Source: a virus | DNA: 64,000 bases | Strand: one strand, 5' to 3' | Virus record (IMG/VR): IMGVR_UViG_3300042691_025170 | Coordinates: 36,579 to 100,578 of that record | Shown here: in pieces, positions 20,853-30,966 of the stretch | How the letters are laid out: the number at the start of each line of letters is the position of its first letter | Numbering within the stretch: position 1 is the stretch's first letter | Position numbers and translations under genes: made by a program | Notes under the pieces: generated by a model | Database searches by the model: none | The model's input: the letters and a program-made list of their open reading frames with translations, nothing else | What the model was told of the DNA's origin: nothing

Positions 20853-21319
20853 TGTATTCTATATCTTTTAGAGAAATGGTGTTGGATGATTTACCAACAT
20901 TCTTAGAAATAAGAAATTTATCAAATCAGTACCTGCATAATAATAGTACTTTTTCCATAGACGAAGCAACTAAGTGGTTTAAAGAAACTCAGCCAAAATT
21001 TTTTGTCATAGAGATTGAAAATAAAATTGTTGGATATTTCAGAACATCTAATTGGGATACCAATAGTTTATATATTGGAGCAGACATACACCCCGATTTT
21101 AGAGATAAAGGTATAGGGTATCAATCATATCTTATGTTTATAGATTTTTTGAAGAAGAAATATTCTATAAATAAATTGAAATTAGAAGTACTATCTACTA
21201 ATAAAAGAGCTAAGCATTTATATGAAAAAATTGGCTTTAGTGTTATTGAAATAAAAAGAAATGACATATTTAGAGATGGTGAGTATATTGATAATTTTGT
21301 TATGGAGTTAAAAATTTAA
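20852..21319 (+). CDS. GNAT N-acetyltransferase (PseH-like)
   Basis: IHPDFRDKGIG, LEVLSTNKRAKHLYEKIGF. Confidence 0.85.
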   Translation: MYSISFREMVLDDLPTFLEIRNLSNQYLHNNSTFSIDEATKWFKETQPKFFVIEIENKIVGYFRTSNWDTNSLYIGADIHPDFRDKGIGYQSYLMFIDFLKKKYSINKLKLEVLSTNKRAKHLYEKIGFSVIEIKRNDIFRDGEYIDNFVMELKI

Positions 21320-21323
21320 GGTT

Positions 21324-22070
21324 ATGGTAATTGATTTGTTTTCCATATGTTATAATGAAGAGGTAATAATACCTTATTTTTTAAAGCACTACAAACAATT
21401 TGTTAATAACATAACTGTTTATAACAATGAATCCACGGACTCATCAGTTCAACTACTTGAAAACGCAGGCGTTAACATAATTAATTTTTCAACTAATAAT
21501 CAAACTAATGAAATGAAGTTAGTTGATATACGAAACAATTGTTGGAAAAATTCAAAAGCAGATTGGGTAATTGTATGTGACATAGATGAGTTTGTATATC
21601 ATCCCAACATATTGAACATACTTGAAAATACAAAAGCTACGCAAATATATCCAGAAGGATACGAGATGATGTCAGAAAACTTACCAACAACAGAAGGTCA
21701 GATATATAATGAAATCAAAATGGGATATTCTACTGACAATTTTGATACTAATATATACCCAGGTTGGAAAAACACTTATTCAAAAGGATGTGTTTTTAAG
21801 CCAAGTGAAATTGAACCTAATTTTGGACCGGGTTCACACTGGTGTTTTCCTCAAGGTAATTTTATACCGGAAAAAAATAGTGGAATAAAATTATTGCACT
21901 ACAAATACTTAAATAGGGAAATGTTGATTAAAAAATATGACTTATATAGATCAAGACATGGTGATTTTGATAAACAAAATGGATTAGGTAATTATCAAGA
22001 ATGGGGTGCTGAAGAAATAAATAAACAATTTGATAGTTGGCTACCTATATGTAAAAATGTTATAGACTAA
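21324..22070 (+). CDS. Glycosyltransferase GT2-like
   Basis: CYNEE..IPYFLKHY, STDSS, ADWVIVCDIDEF, LLHYKY. Confidence 0.8.
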   Translation: MVIDLFSICYNEEVIIPYFLKHYKQFVNNITVYNNESTDSSVQLLENAGVNIINFSTNNQTNEMKLVDIRNNCWKNSKADWVIVCDIDEFVYHPNILNILENTKATQIYPEGYEMMSENLPTTEGQIYNEIKMGYSTDNFDTNIYPGWKNTYSKGCVFKPSEIEPNFGPGSHWCFPQGNFIPEKNSGIKLLHYKYLNREMLIKKYDLYRSRHGDFDKQNGLGNYQEWGAEEINKQFDSWLPICKNVID

Positions 22071-22072
22071 AG

Positions 22073-23053
22073 ATGAAAAGAGCATTAATAACAGGTATAA
22101 ATGGACAGGATGGTTCTTATCTATCTAAATTTTTATTAGATAAAGGATATGAGGTACATGGTCTGTTGAAAAGAAATTCCATAGCTGAAAACCAAACAGC
22201 TAGAATAGATGATAGTACATTTTCAAAATTAAGTTTGCATTATGCTGACATGACGGATATAGCATCATTATTCAGAGTCATAAATAAAATAAAACCAGAT
22301 GAAATATACAATTTAGCTGCACAATCTCATGTTAGAATATCGTTTGACCAACCCATATATACTGCAAATGTTACTGCTATAGGAGTATTAAATTTACTAG
22401 AGGTAGTTAAAGAAGTGTGCCCTAAATCAAAGATATATCAAGCATCTTCTTCGGAAATGTTTGGTAATTCAATAGATGAAGATGGTTATCAAAGAGAAAC
22501 CACACCCATGAACCCAGTATCACCATATGGGTGCTCCAAAGTTTTTGCATACAACATATGTAGAAATTATAGAAATTCATATGGTATGTTTATAGCAAAT
22601 GGTATATTGTTCAATCACGAGTCTCCACTTAGAGGTACTAATTTTGTAACTAACAAAGTAGTAAAGGAAGCGGTAAAAATAAAATTGGGATTGTCTAACA
22701 AATTAGTTTTGGGTAATTTAGAAGCAGCTAGAGATTGGGGACACGCTAAAGACTATGTTGAAGCAATGTGGTTAATACTTCAACAAGATAAGTCAGATGA
22801 CTTTGTATGTGCGACCGGAATATCTCATACTGTTAGAGAATTATGTGAGTATGTATTTTCATCTTTAGGAATGGATTGGAAACAATATGTCATTAATGAT
22901 GAAAAATATTTTAGACCAGAAGAATTGGATGTATTAAAAGGTGATTGCACTAAGCTTAAAAATTTGGGATGGAGTCCACATTATACATTTGAATCTATGT
23001 TAGATGAAATGATTAAATATTGGCTTGATAAATACAATGAAGATAGGCATTAA
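22073..23053 (+). CDS. gmd: GDP-mannose 4,6-dehydratase
   Basis: ITGINGQDGSYL, YNLAAQSHV.ISF, QASSSE, SPYGCSK, FNHESP.RG, RDWGHA.DYV. Confidence 0.96.
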   Translation: MKRALITGINGQDGSYLSKFLLDKGYEVHGLLKRNSIAENQTARIDDSTFSKLSLHYADMTDIASLFRVINKIKPDEIYNLAAQSHVRISFDQPIYTANVTAIGVLNLLEVVKEVCPKSKIYQASSSEMFGNSIDEDGYQRETTPMNPVSPYGCSKVFAYNICRNYRNSYGMFIANGILFNHESPLRGTNFVTNKVVKEAVKIKLGLSNKLVLGNLEAARDWGHAKDYVEAMWLILQQDKSDDFVCATGISHTVRELCEYVFSSLGMDWKQYVINDEKYFRPEELDVLKGDCTKLKNLGWSPHYTFESMLDEMIKYWLDKYNEDRH

Positions 23054-23708
23054 TTTAGTTGGAGTATCTTATAATGATAAGAAACACGGAGGCAGATATA
23101 GAAATTATAGGGATGCTATAGATTCTTTTTTCGATAATATAGTTAATCCATTAAGAAATGATGGACATGAAGTGTATTTTTACATATTCAGCTATCATAA
23201 TAAAAAGCAACAAGATATTATAAATGACTACAATCCAGTTAAGTATAATTTTGTAGACCCTATTTATAATAAAATGGGTGGTGGTGATAGACTGGAAAAT
23301 GGAATGAAGATAATGTCTGTTATTTACATCAATAGTTTACAACAACTAATTGATGAAAATTTAGATTTGATAATATCAACAAGATTTGATATAAAATTTA
23401 TAAGAAATCCTTTTATTGATTACAAATTTGATTTTACAAAATGTAACTTTTTATGGAGAGAACCAGAATATGTAGATTTACCTTTAGTAAATGATACATT
23501 CATAGTCTTTCCACACTCAATGACAAGAAATCTAATAGATGCAATTACTACAATGGAATTTAACCCACCGATGGGTATAAATGTAGCTATGCATAATTTA
23601 TATTTACCAATGGTTAATCAAGTTGGTAGAGATAAAGTACAATGGGTTTGTGATGAATTTGTAGATACAATAAATAATAAACTATATACGTTAACTAGAC
23701 ATGAATAA
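23037..23708 (+). CDS. Putative glycosyltransferase-like protein (similar pattern to 18989..19651)
   Basis: MKIGINLVG, DLIISTRFDI, VNDTF. Confidence 0.5.
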   Translation: MKIGINLVGVSYNDKKHGGRYRNYRDAIDSFFDNIVNPLRNDGHEVYFYIFSYHNKKQQDIINDYNPVKYNFVDPIYNKMGGGDRLENGMKIMSVIYINSLQQLIDENLDLIISTRFDIKFIRNPFIDYKFDFTKCNFLWREPEYVDLPLVNDTFIVFPHSMTRNLIDAITTMEFNPPMGINVAMHNLYLPMVNQVGRDKVQWVCDEFVDTINNKLYTLTRHE

Positions 23709-24525
23709 AATATACTCCACAGCTTTTTTAATGGGTGGTTTGGGAAATCAGATGTTCCAAATAGCACATGCTACCGCACAGAGTTGGAAACATGGTGTTG
23801 ATACAATGTTTTACATGGACTCTGAAATACAATATCCGAGTTGGAAGCCGGTTATGTATGTTGATAACATCTTTAAAAAAATTCCATTTACAAATCAGAA
23901 AATAAATGCACATCGTGTGTATGAAGAATCTTGGAATACAGCAAACTTAAATTTTGTTTTTGACAAAACTATAGAGTTTTATGGTTATTTTCAGAGTAGT
24001 AAAAATTTTACAGGCTACGAAAGTAATGTTAAAGATTTATTTTACCCAGATGATAGTATCTATGAAAAACTATCTAAAAAATATCCACAAATAATGTATG
24101 AAAATACTTTATCTGTACATATCAGAAGAGCAGATTATTTCAATGTTAGTAATATACTACCTGTAGTTGACTTGACATATATAAATGAATGTATTAGACT
24201 GCATGGAAACTATGATTATATGTTCATATTTTCAGATGACAAAGATTGGGCAAGAAATGCTCTATCTTACGAGAATAGTGTAGTAGTCGATTCTTTAAAA
24301 ACTGAAGAAGAGATGTGGTTGATGTCAATGTGTAAACATAATGTAATATCCAATTCAACATTTTCTTGGTGGGGTTCTTATCTAAATAAGAACAACGATA
24401 AAAAAATATACGCACCAAGTATTTGGTTCGGCCCAGGTGGCCCGAGTGAGTATAGTAATGTGTATGAAACCTATTGGAATAAAATTGATGTCGTATATAA
24501 AGAAGGTAGATTGATTGTTGCATAA
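23701..24525 (+). CDS. GT11 alpha-1,2-fucosyl/colitosyltransferase
   Basis: GGLGNQMFQ, GYFQS, VHIRRADY, FSDD, NSTFSWWG. Confidence 0.92.
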   Translation: MNKIYSTAFLMGGLGNQMFQIAHATAQSWKHGVDTMFYMDSEIQYPSWKPVMYVDNIFKKIPFTNQKINAHRVYEESWNTANLNFVFDKTIEFYGYFQSSKNFTGYESNVKDLFYPDDSIYEKLSKKYPQIMYENTLSVHIRRADYFNVSNILPVVDLTYINECIRLHGNYDYMFIFSDDKDWARNALSYENSVVVDSLKTEEEMWLMSMCKHNVISNSTFSWWGSYLNKNNDKKIYAPSIWFGPGGPSEYSNVYETYWNKIDVVYKEGRLIVA

Positions 24526-24543
24526 TAACTTAAATAAATAAAG

Positions 24544-25701
24544 ATGATTAAACTTGTTTCAGATACTATAGATAGAGCTGATATAAACGCATTGATAGAA
24601 TGGTTATCTAAAGAAGAGATTCCAATTCTTACAAAGAATAAATTAACGGTTGAATTGGAAAAAAAATGGGCTGATAAAATTGGAACAAAATATTCAGTTT
24701 TTGTTAACTCAGGTTCATCTGCTATTTTATTAATGTTATTGTCTCTTAAGCAAGGTAATTTCTTAAGAAATAATAAAATAGTATGCCCAGCATTAAGTTG
24801 GGCAACGGATGTTAGTACACCAATAATACTTGGCTTTGATACTATACTATGTGATTGTAATCTAACCGATTTATCGTGTGACCTAACAGAACTTGAAAAA
24901 ATATTTAAGGAAGAAAACCCATCTTGTTTTATATCGGTAGCACCACTTGGTTTGGTTCCTGAAATGGAAAAATTAATTTCACTATGTGAAAAGTATAATG
25001 TTTTATTACTTGAGGATATTTGTGAATCTTTAGGATCTAAGTACAATGGTAAACATCTTGGGTCTTTTGGATTTGCTTCAGTATTTTCCACATATTTTGG
25101 CCACCATATTAGTACGATTGAAGGTGGGTTCATAAATACTAATGATGAGCAACTATATAATATGTTAGTAATGACTAGAAGTCACGGATGGGACAGAGAC
25201 TTGAATGAAACAAATAAAGAAGAACTTAGAAAAAAGTATAATGTATCACGTTTTGATGCGTTGTATACATTTTATGTACCAGGTTTGAATCTCAGATCAA
25301 CAGACTTGCAAGCTTTCATAGGTCTTAGGTCATTAGACAAAATAGACAAATTCTCTAATATAAGAAATACTAATTTTAAATTGTATAAGTCAAAAATAAA
25401 AAATAACAATTTAGACTTACAAGTTCAAAACGATTCATTTGTATCTAATTTTGCATATCCAATTGTTTCTGAAAAGAGAGACGTAATTGTAAATGAATTG
25501 ATAAAAAATGGTGTTGAAGTAAGACCTTTAATTGCTGGAAATATGGCTAATAAACCTTTTTGGTATGAAAGATATGATAGAAAAGAATTTAAAAATGCTA
25601 ACGTCATTGACAGATATGGGTTCTATGTTCCAAATCATCAGGACATGACCAATGAAGATATAGAGTATATTTGTAAAATAATAAATTTACAATATGAATA
25701 A
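24544..25701 (+). CDS. colD: ColD-like GDP-4-keto-6-deoxymannose 3-dehydratase (DegT family, His-type)
   Basis: NSGSSA, PALSWAT, EDICESLG, STYFGHHISTIEGG with His at the PLP-Lys position, RSHGW.R, RPLIAGN. Confidence 0.75.
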   Translation: MIKLVSDTIDRADINALIEWLSKEEIPILTKNKLTVELEKKWADKIGTKYSVFVNSGSSAILLMLLSLKQGNFLRNNKIVCPALSWATDVSTPIILGFDTILCDCNLTDLSCDLTELEKIFKEENPSCFISVAPLGLVPEMEKLISLCEKYNVLLLEDICESLGSKYNGKHLGSFGFASVFSTYFGHHISTIEGGFINTNDEQLYNMLVMTRSHGWDRDLNETNKEELRKKYNVSRFDALYTFYVPGLNLRSTDLQAFIGLRSLDKIDKFSNIRNTNFKLYKSKIKNNNLDLQVQNDSFVSNFAYPIVSEKRDVIVNELIKNGVEVRPLIAGNMANKPFWYERYDRKEFKNANVIDRYGFYVPNHQDMTNEDIEYICKIINLQYE

Positions 25702-26455
25702 ATTGGTAACAATATATGTCGTAACTTATAACGAAGAGGCCATGATTGAATTTTTTATCAATCATTACAGAAAAAATTTTCCCGATTGTACAATAAATGT
25801 ATATGACAATTTTTCAACAGATAGAACAAGAGAAATAGCAGAATCAATGGGGTGTGTAGTTCACACTTTTGAAACAGATGGATTTGATGACTCAGCTAAT
25901 GTTGCGTTGAAAAAAGAGAAATGGAAAACCGCAACTACTGATTGGGTGATTGTTTGTGATTGTGATGAGTTGATAGAAATAAATCAAAATGATTTACTCT
26001 TAGAATCTGAATTGGGGTACGAAATCATACTGTTCGAAGGTTACACTCTTATGAACAATAAGACAAAAGAGGTTGATTTAAATAACTTAAAGTATGGGTT
26101 TAGAGATTATTCGTATGACAAATACTATTTGTTTAATAGAAATAAAATAATAGATATAGGATATAATTATGGTTGTCACAGATCCAACAATAATGCACCG
26201 GTTGCTATATCCGGTAATCCAAAAATAGGTTCTTCAAAAGTTTATAAAGCTTATCATTACAAGTATCTTAGTTTAGATTATTGTATAGAAAGAAGAAGAA
26301 TGTTTGCTAAAAGAGTATCTAACTTTAATAAGCAAAGAGGATTTACATTGGAATACCAAAAAACAGAAGAAGAATTAGTATCGGATAAATCCATGGAACA
26401 CTTGAGTTTAAAAAAAATATTCAACGAAACACAACTAATAAAAATAATACAATAA
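25694..26455 (+). CDS. Glycosyltransferase GT2-like (paralog of 21324..22070)
   Basis: TYNEE.MIEFFINHY, DNFSTDRT, TDWVIVCDCDE, YHYKY. Confidence 0.8.
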   Translation: MNKLVTIYVVTYNEEAMIEFFINHYRKNFPDCTINVYDNFSTDRTREIAESMGCVVHTFETDGFDDSANVALKKEKWKTATTDWVIVCDCDELIEINQNDLLLESELGYEIILFEGYTLMNNKTKEVDLNNLKYGFRDYSYDKYYLFNRNKIIDIGYNYGCHRSNNNAPVAISGNPKIGSSKVYKAYHYKYLSLDYCIERRRMFAKRVSNFNKQRGFTLEYQKTEEELVSDKSMEHLSLKKIFNETQLIKIIQ

Positions 26456-27216
26456 TGAAAAACAGAACATCAATATCAGACTACGACAGATACAAAACTG
26501 TTTGTAAAAATGCTTATGAAAATGAAGAAAGTTTTCGTATATTTAAACAAAATTTAGATTACAAAGTAATACTAGAGCATGTGTCATTTGAACAAGGAGA
26601 TAGATTTATAGATAGAACATTAGAGAATAATAACATAAATTATGATTATATAAATAAATTTAAAGAAAATGATATTTACGGAACGCCAGATTTGTTTACA
26701 TACAGACATCCGTTTGGTTTGATATCTCCGTCCACTTTAAGGTATGTCAAAGTACTTAGTGATTTGATAAAATTTTTTGGAAGTTTAGATAATATGTCAA
26801 TAGTAGAAATAGGAGTTGGATATGGTGGTCAGGCAAAAATTATTATGGACTACTTTAATATAAAGGAATATAACTTCATAGATTTGCCGGAAGTTTGTTC
26901 ATTGACTAAAAAATATTTATCAAAATTTAATTACTCAAATTGTAATTTCTTAGATTTTGAAAATCTTCCGGATAGAAAGTATGATTTGGTAATATCAAAT
27001 TATGCAATAACAGAGTGTACTATGGAAATTCAAAATCTTTATATAGATAAGGTTCTTAAAAATTCTACAAAAGGATATATGATTGGTAACAAAATTTCTC
27101 ATCTGTTCAATATAAATAGTTATAGTAAAGAAGATTGGCAGCAAATTATGCCAAATATAACAATACATGAAGAAGTACCAGCTACAGCGGAAGGTAATTA
27201 TTTAATGATTTTTTAA
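26455..27216 (+). CDS. Putative sugar O-methyltransferase
   Basis: SPSTLRY, IVEIGVGYGGQ, IDLPEV, DLVISNYAITEC. Confidence 0.85.
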   Translation: MKNRTSISDYDRYKTVCKNAYENEESFRIFKQNLDYKVILEHVSFEQGDRFIDRTLENNNINYDYINKFKENDIYGTPDLFTYRHPFGLISPSTLRYVKVLSDLIKFFGSLDNMSIVEIGVGYGGQAKIIMDYFNIKEYNFIDLPEVCSLTKKYLSKFNYSNCNFLDFENLPDRKYDLVISNYAITECTMEIQNLYIDKVLKNSTKGYMIGNKISHLFNINSYSKEDWQQIMPNITIHEEVPATAEGNYLMIF

Positions 27217-27224
27217 ATTTATAT

Positions 27225-27998
27225 ATGAGTAAGTTATTAAGTTGTTATTTGTGGGCGTTTAAAAATTACAAAGCGGGTATTAAGTCTGTTAGCACAGTTA
27301 GAAAATTTTATCCAAATGCAGATGTATTTATAAATGTTGATTTTGAGGGTGATTTCGATAACTACACAAGAGAAGGAAATGAAATAAATGCAGTAGTTAC
27401 AAAGAATAATTTTCAACTTGGTTATTGCGGAGACTTCAATAGTATTTATGGTAAAGTTACAGTTGGTAGAGAATGTTGGCCAAGAGAATATACTTTTGAA
27501 TGGTTAAGAGGTGTATATGATGCCTGTCTAAAAACAGATTCCAAATATATCCTTTTACTCGAAGAAGACGATTATGTACTGAAACCAGTTTCAATTTTAC
27601 AAACAGAGTTTTCTATCGCAATACATCCCACAGACCCATCTCCAATTGGAGTTAGAAGAGCTAACTATATACCAAATGAATTTATTATTTATTCATATGA
27701 GCATGGTGGTGTAGCTACATCACCTGGATATGCAGCCGGTGGTGGTACTATTTTTAATAGAGAGCACTTTGTAAAAGCTTGGGAAAAGTCTAAAGATGCT
27801 TTGTGGAAAGACTATGATTATCTTAAGCAAGTAAACAAAATAATAGGTTGGCAAGATTTTGTTTTTCAATTCGTGTTTATGATGGGCGGATATGATGTCA
27901 TACAGAATCATAATCTTTGCGAAGAGTGGGAAGTTAAAGATTGGAAAAATTTTGAAATAGTAACCGGTTTGAAAGACCATACCCTTGTAGAATTATGA
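27225..27998 (+). CDS. Putative GT-A glycosyltransferase
   Basis: VRKFYP, LLLEEDD, GGGTIF. Confidence 0.6.
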   Translation: MSKLLSCYLWAFKNYKAGIKSVSTVRKFYPNADVFINVDFEGDFDNYTREGNEINAVVTKNNFQLGYCGDFNSIYGKVTVGRECWPREYTFEWLRGVYDACLKTDSKYILLLEEDDYVLKPVSILQTEFSIAIHPTDPSPIGVRRANYIPNEFIIYSYEHGGVATSPGYAAGGGTIFNREHFVKAWEKSKDALWKDYDYLKQVNKIIGWQDFVFQFVFMMGGYDVIQNHNLCEEWEVKDWKNFEIVTGLKDHTLVEL

Positions 27999-28846
27999 AA
28001 GATGTATTAATTGGATGTATAACAAACTATACTTTTGATAAAGTAAAATACTTTGTAAACTCAATAGATAGGAGTGGATTTACGGGTTATAAAGTAATGA
28101 TTGTATATAATGTACCATTCGAAACAGTTGATGAGTTGCAGAAAAGAAATTGGATAGTAATAGCTTTTAATAAAGATGATGACAAAAAATGGTATACATA
28201 CAAAAGTGATTTCAGAATAATGTGTGATAGACAATTGCATTACCATCAAACATTAGAACAACTCAATAAACAATTTGGAGACTTACGGTATGTGATGGCA
28301 ATAGATCCAAAAGATGTTGTCTTTCAATACAATCCATCCGAATGGTTGGAAAAAAATATGGGTGACAAAAAAATAAATGTTGGATGTGAAAGTCTGAGAT
28401 ATAAAGACGAACCTTGGGGAAAAAATAATCTAACAGAAAGTTTTGGAGAATATGTCTATGATAGATGCAAAGACAATTTAATATTCAATTGTGGTACTGT
28501 AGCTGGTAATTGGAAAACTATGAGTGAATTGTTTCTAAACATATATTTGATGTGTATAGGTAGTCCAAACCAAACACCAGACCAAGCCGCTTTAAATGTT
28601 TTATTATCAATGGACATATATAGGAATATCACTAGATTTACGATGTCAGAAGAAGCGTGGGCTTGTCAAGCTGGTACTACAATAGATGAAAAAGTTCTGA
28701 AGACAAGCAAGGATAAATTAGTCGAACCTCAACCATATTTGGAGGGTGATATAGTTAAAACGAGTAAAGGTATAATATACGCATTAGTTCATCAGTATGA
28801 CAGAATACCTACTTGGAAAGATATAATTGAAAAAAAATATTCTTAA
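27995..28846 (+). CDS. Putative glycosyltransferase
   Basis: IDPKDVVFQYNP, FNCGTVAG, DQAALN, VHQYDR. Confidence 0.65.
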   Translation: MKDVLIGCITNYTFDKVKYFVNSIDRSGFTGYKVMIVYNVPFETVDELQKRNWIVIAFNKDDDKKWYTYKSDFRIMCDRQLHYHQTLEQLNKQFGDLRYVMAIDPKDVVFQYNPSEWLEKNMGDKKINVGCESLRYKDEPWGKNNLTESFGEYVYDRCKDNLIFNCGTVAGNWKTMSELFLNIYLMCIGSPNQTPDQAALNVLLSMDIYRNITRFTMSEEAWACQAGTTIDEKVLKTSKDKLVEPQPYLEGDIVKTSKGIIYALVHQYDRIPTWKDIIEKKYS

Positions 28847-28847
28847 A

Positions 28848-29339
28848 ATGATAGTTGGAAAAGGAGACATAGCATCTGTACTAAATGATAGGTATGATAT
28901 CATATTTTTTGCATCAGGTGTATCAAACAGTTCTGAAACAAGAGATAGTGAATTTCAAAAAGAAATAGATTTACTATTAAAGCAAGACAAAAGTAAGTGT
29001 GTATATTACTTTAGTTCGATAGCATTAGATATTTCAGATAAGGTAGTAAATAGATATTATTTACACAAGCTTCAAATGGAAGCATTGATAAAATCTAACT
29101 TTGAAAATTATGTGATAATAAGAATAGGGAATATAAATTGGGGTAAAAATCCAAATACATTTCTGAATGCTATGAGAAATAAAATCATGAATAACGAACC
29201 GGTTCACATAGTTGACGAGTACAGATATATTATAAACAAAGAGCAGTTATTATTGATGACAGATAACCTACCATCAAAAGGTCAGCATCAAATATCTGTC
29301 TTTGGTAGAATGGCTAAAGTAAGAGATTTATTAAAATGA
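28848..29339 (+). CDS. Short NAD-dependent epimerase-like protein
   Basis: MIVGKGDIA, FASGVSNS, YFSS, YYLHKLQME. Confidence 0.7.
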   Translation: MIVGKGDIASVLNDRYDIIFFASGVSNSSETRDSEFQKEIDLLLKQDKSKCVYYFSSIALDISDKVVNRYYLHKLQMEALIKSNFENYVIIRIGNINWGKNPNTFLNAMRNKIMNNEPVHIVDEYRYIINKEQLLLMTDNLPSKGQHQISVFGRMAKVRDLLK

Positions 29340-30238
29340 AAGGGTTAATTAGTATATTCGTAATGCCTCAAGAATTAGAGGATTTAGCACAAACACTTGA
29401 TAGATTAAAAAGAAACGCAGCGTTTTTAGATGACTCGGTTAAGTTTAAAATAGACATAACGATGTGTTTATCAGATGAACTGACGGATTGGAATAAATCA
29501 AGACTACCTAAAGAATACATAAAAGAAAGAACAGAAGAATTAGTTGAAAAATATACTGATTGGTGTTCTGAAAGATGTTTAGAATTTGAGATAAATGATA
29601 AAACATTGGGATGTGTATCACAAAGAAGAAAGAGTTGGAAAGAAAATCCAAATGTAGATTTTTTCATTTGGTTGGATACGGATATGTTTTTTAAAGATGT
29701 AACTCTTTACTATTTAGTAGATGCTTTCAAGAGGGTTAAAAATGGTGGTTATGATATGTGTGTTGTAACTCCAGAATTTGTTAAACAATGGGACAACACA
29801 TGGGATGTAATAGTCAATAAAAAGTATCATTATGCACCTCTTGATTACTACAAAACAGTAGATATAGAAAAAGAATCCTTATCAAACAATTCCGAGATAT
29901 CAATAATAGAAATACCAACATTCAAATTTGCAGGAGGATGGTTTACACTTATATCAAAACCATTATTGGACAAGATAGGCGTTCCTGAATCATTTGGACA
30001 CTATGGTTTAGAGGATACTTTTGTAATGGTATGTGCTAATATAATGAAACAATCGGGTAAATTAGTTTCACAATTTGTTTTAGAAAATATCATAGCCGGA
30101 GAAATTCATAAGAATAGAACTAACAGAACAATCAAATCTTTCATTAGTTCTATTGACCGAAAAGATGAATTTAAACAAATAGCACACCAAAATTGGGAAA
30201 AAGAGGTTAAAAGTTTTATAGATTCAATAAAAGTTTGA
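29336..30238 (+). CDS. Putative GT-A glycosyltransferase
   Basis: WLDTD (DxD), FKFAGGWF, HYGLEDT. Confidence 0.65.
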   Translation: MKGLISIFVMPQELEDLAQTLDRLKRNAAFLDDSVKFKIDITMCLSDELTDWNKSRLPKEYIKERTEELVEKYTDWCSERCLEFEINDKTLGCVSQRRKSWKENPNVDFFIWLDTDMFFKDVTLYYLVDAFKRVKNGGYDMCVVTPEFVKQWDNTWDVIVNKKYHYAPLDYYKTVDIEKESLSNNSEISIIEIPTFKFAGGWFTLISKPLLDKIGVPESFGHYGLEDTFVMVCANIMKQSGKLVSQFVLENIIAGEIHKNRTNRTIKSFISSIDRKDEFKQIAHQNWEKEVKSFIDSIKV

Positions 30239-30262
30239 TATTTATAGAAAAATTAGAATACT

Positions 30263-30640
30263 ATGAAATTTGAAATAACTCATCCCAAAATTTGGGCTAA
30301 AATATCCGAAAGGAAAATCCCAATGAAGAAAAAATTATCCATATATGAAAAAATGGGTGGAGCGTATCGTTTCGGCAAAGATGGAGGTGAGCAGGTATTC
30401 AATAAACTTACAGAATTAATTAAGTATAAAGCTAAGGTACATAAAGAATCTCAGGATCATGAGGTTTCAATGGCACATGGAAGTTTGGAAGCAATAATGA
30501 AGCATGTTAAAGAATTGATGGGTAAACTTGGTAAAGAAGAAAAAGAAATACCGGGATGGATACAAGACCATATTTCAAAAGCAGAAAGTTTCATACAGCA
30601 GGCAAATGACCAATATCACGAATATAACGGTAAGGACTAA
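30263..30640 (+). CDS. Hypothetical protein, possibly virion-associated
   Basis: DHEVSMA...PGWIQDHISKA helical domain; preceded by ATATTTATA. Confidence 0.5.
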   Translation: MKFEITHPKIWAKISERKIPMKKKLSIYEKMGGAYRFGKDGGEQVFNKLTELIKYKAKVHKESQDHEVSMAHGSLEAIMKHVKELMGKLGKEEKEIPGWIQDHISKAESFIQQANDQYHEYNGKD

Positions 30641-30657
30641 CATATAATTTTATACAA

Positions 30658-30966
30658 ATGGATAACTGGTATTCGGTATTAATAACTATAATTACTATTT
30701 TAGGTGGTACAACCGCATGGAGATTTCTTGAAAAACGTGCTCTAAAGAAAGAAAGAGATGACGAATTTATTAGATTAGATTGCCGAGACAGAATAGCTAA
30801 GTTAGAAGCATTATTGAAAGAAGCAGCAGATGAAAAAGACGAATTAAGACAACTTGTATTGAAATTAACTTCAGAGGTAGCTGAATTACGTGTTAAAGTA
30901 GAATTTCTAACAGAGGAAAATCAAGAATTACTTAGAAAATCAAGAAAGAAATTATTGAATGATTAA
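30658..30966 (+). CDS. Membrane-anchored coiled-coil protein
   Basis: N-terminal hydrophobic helix followed by heptad repeats. Confidence 0.6.
   Translation: MDNWYSVLITIITILGGTTAWRFLEKRALKKERDDEFIRLDCRDRIAKLEALLKEAADEKDELRQLVLKLTSEVAELRVKVEFLTEENQELLRKSRKKLLND

Noticed and set aside
24471-25133. 220-aa minus-strand ORF and the other minus-strand ORFs in the track
   Set aside because: They lie antisense to well-supported + strand genes or RNAs and show no motifs; treated as shadow ORFs
10287-30238. Host capsule/O-antigen locus or prophage flank
   Set aside because: Seamlessly co-oriented with phage replication genes, no transport or polymerase genes, and no integrase or host housekeeping synteny in the window
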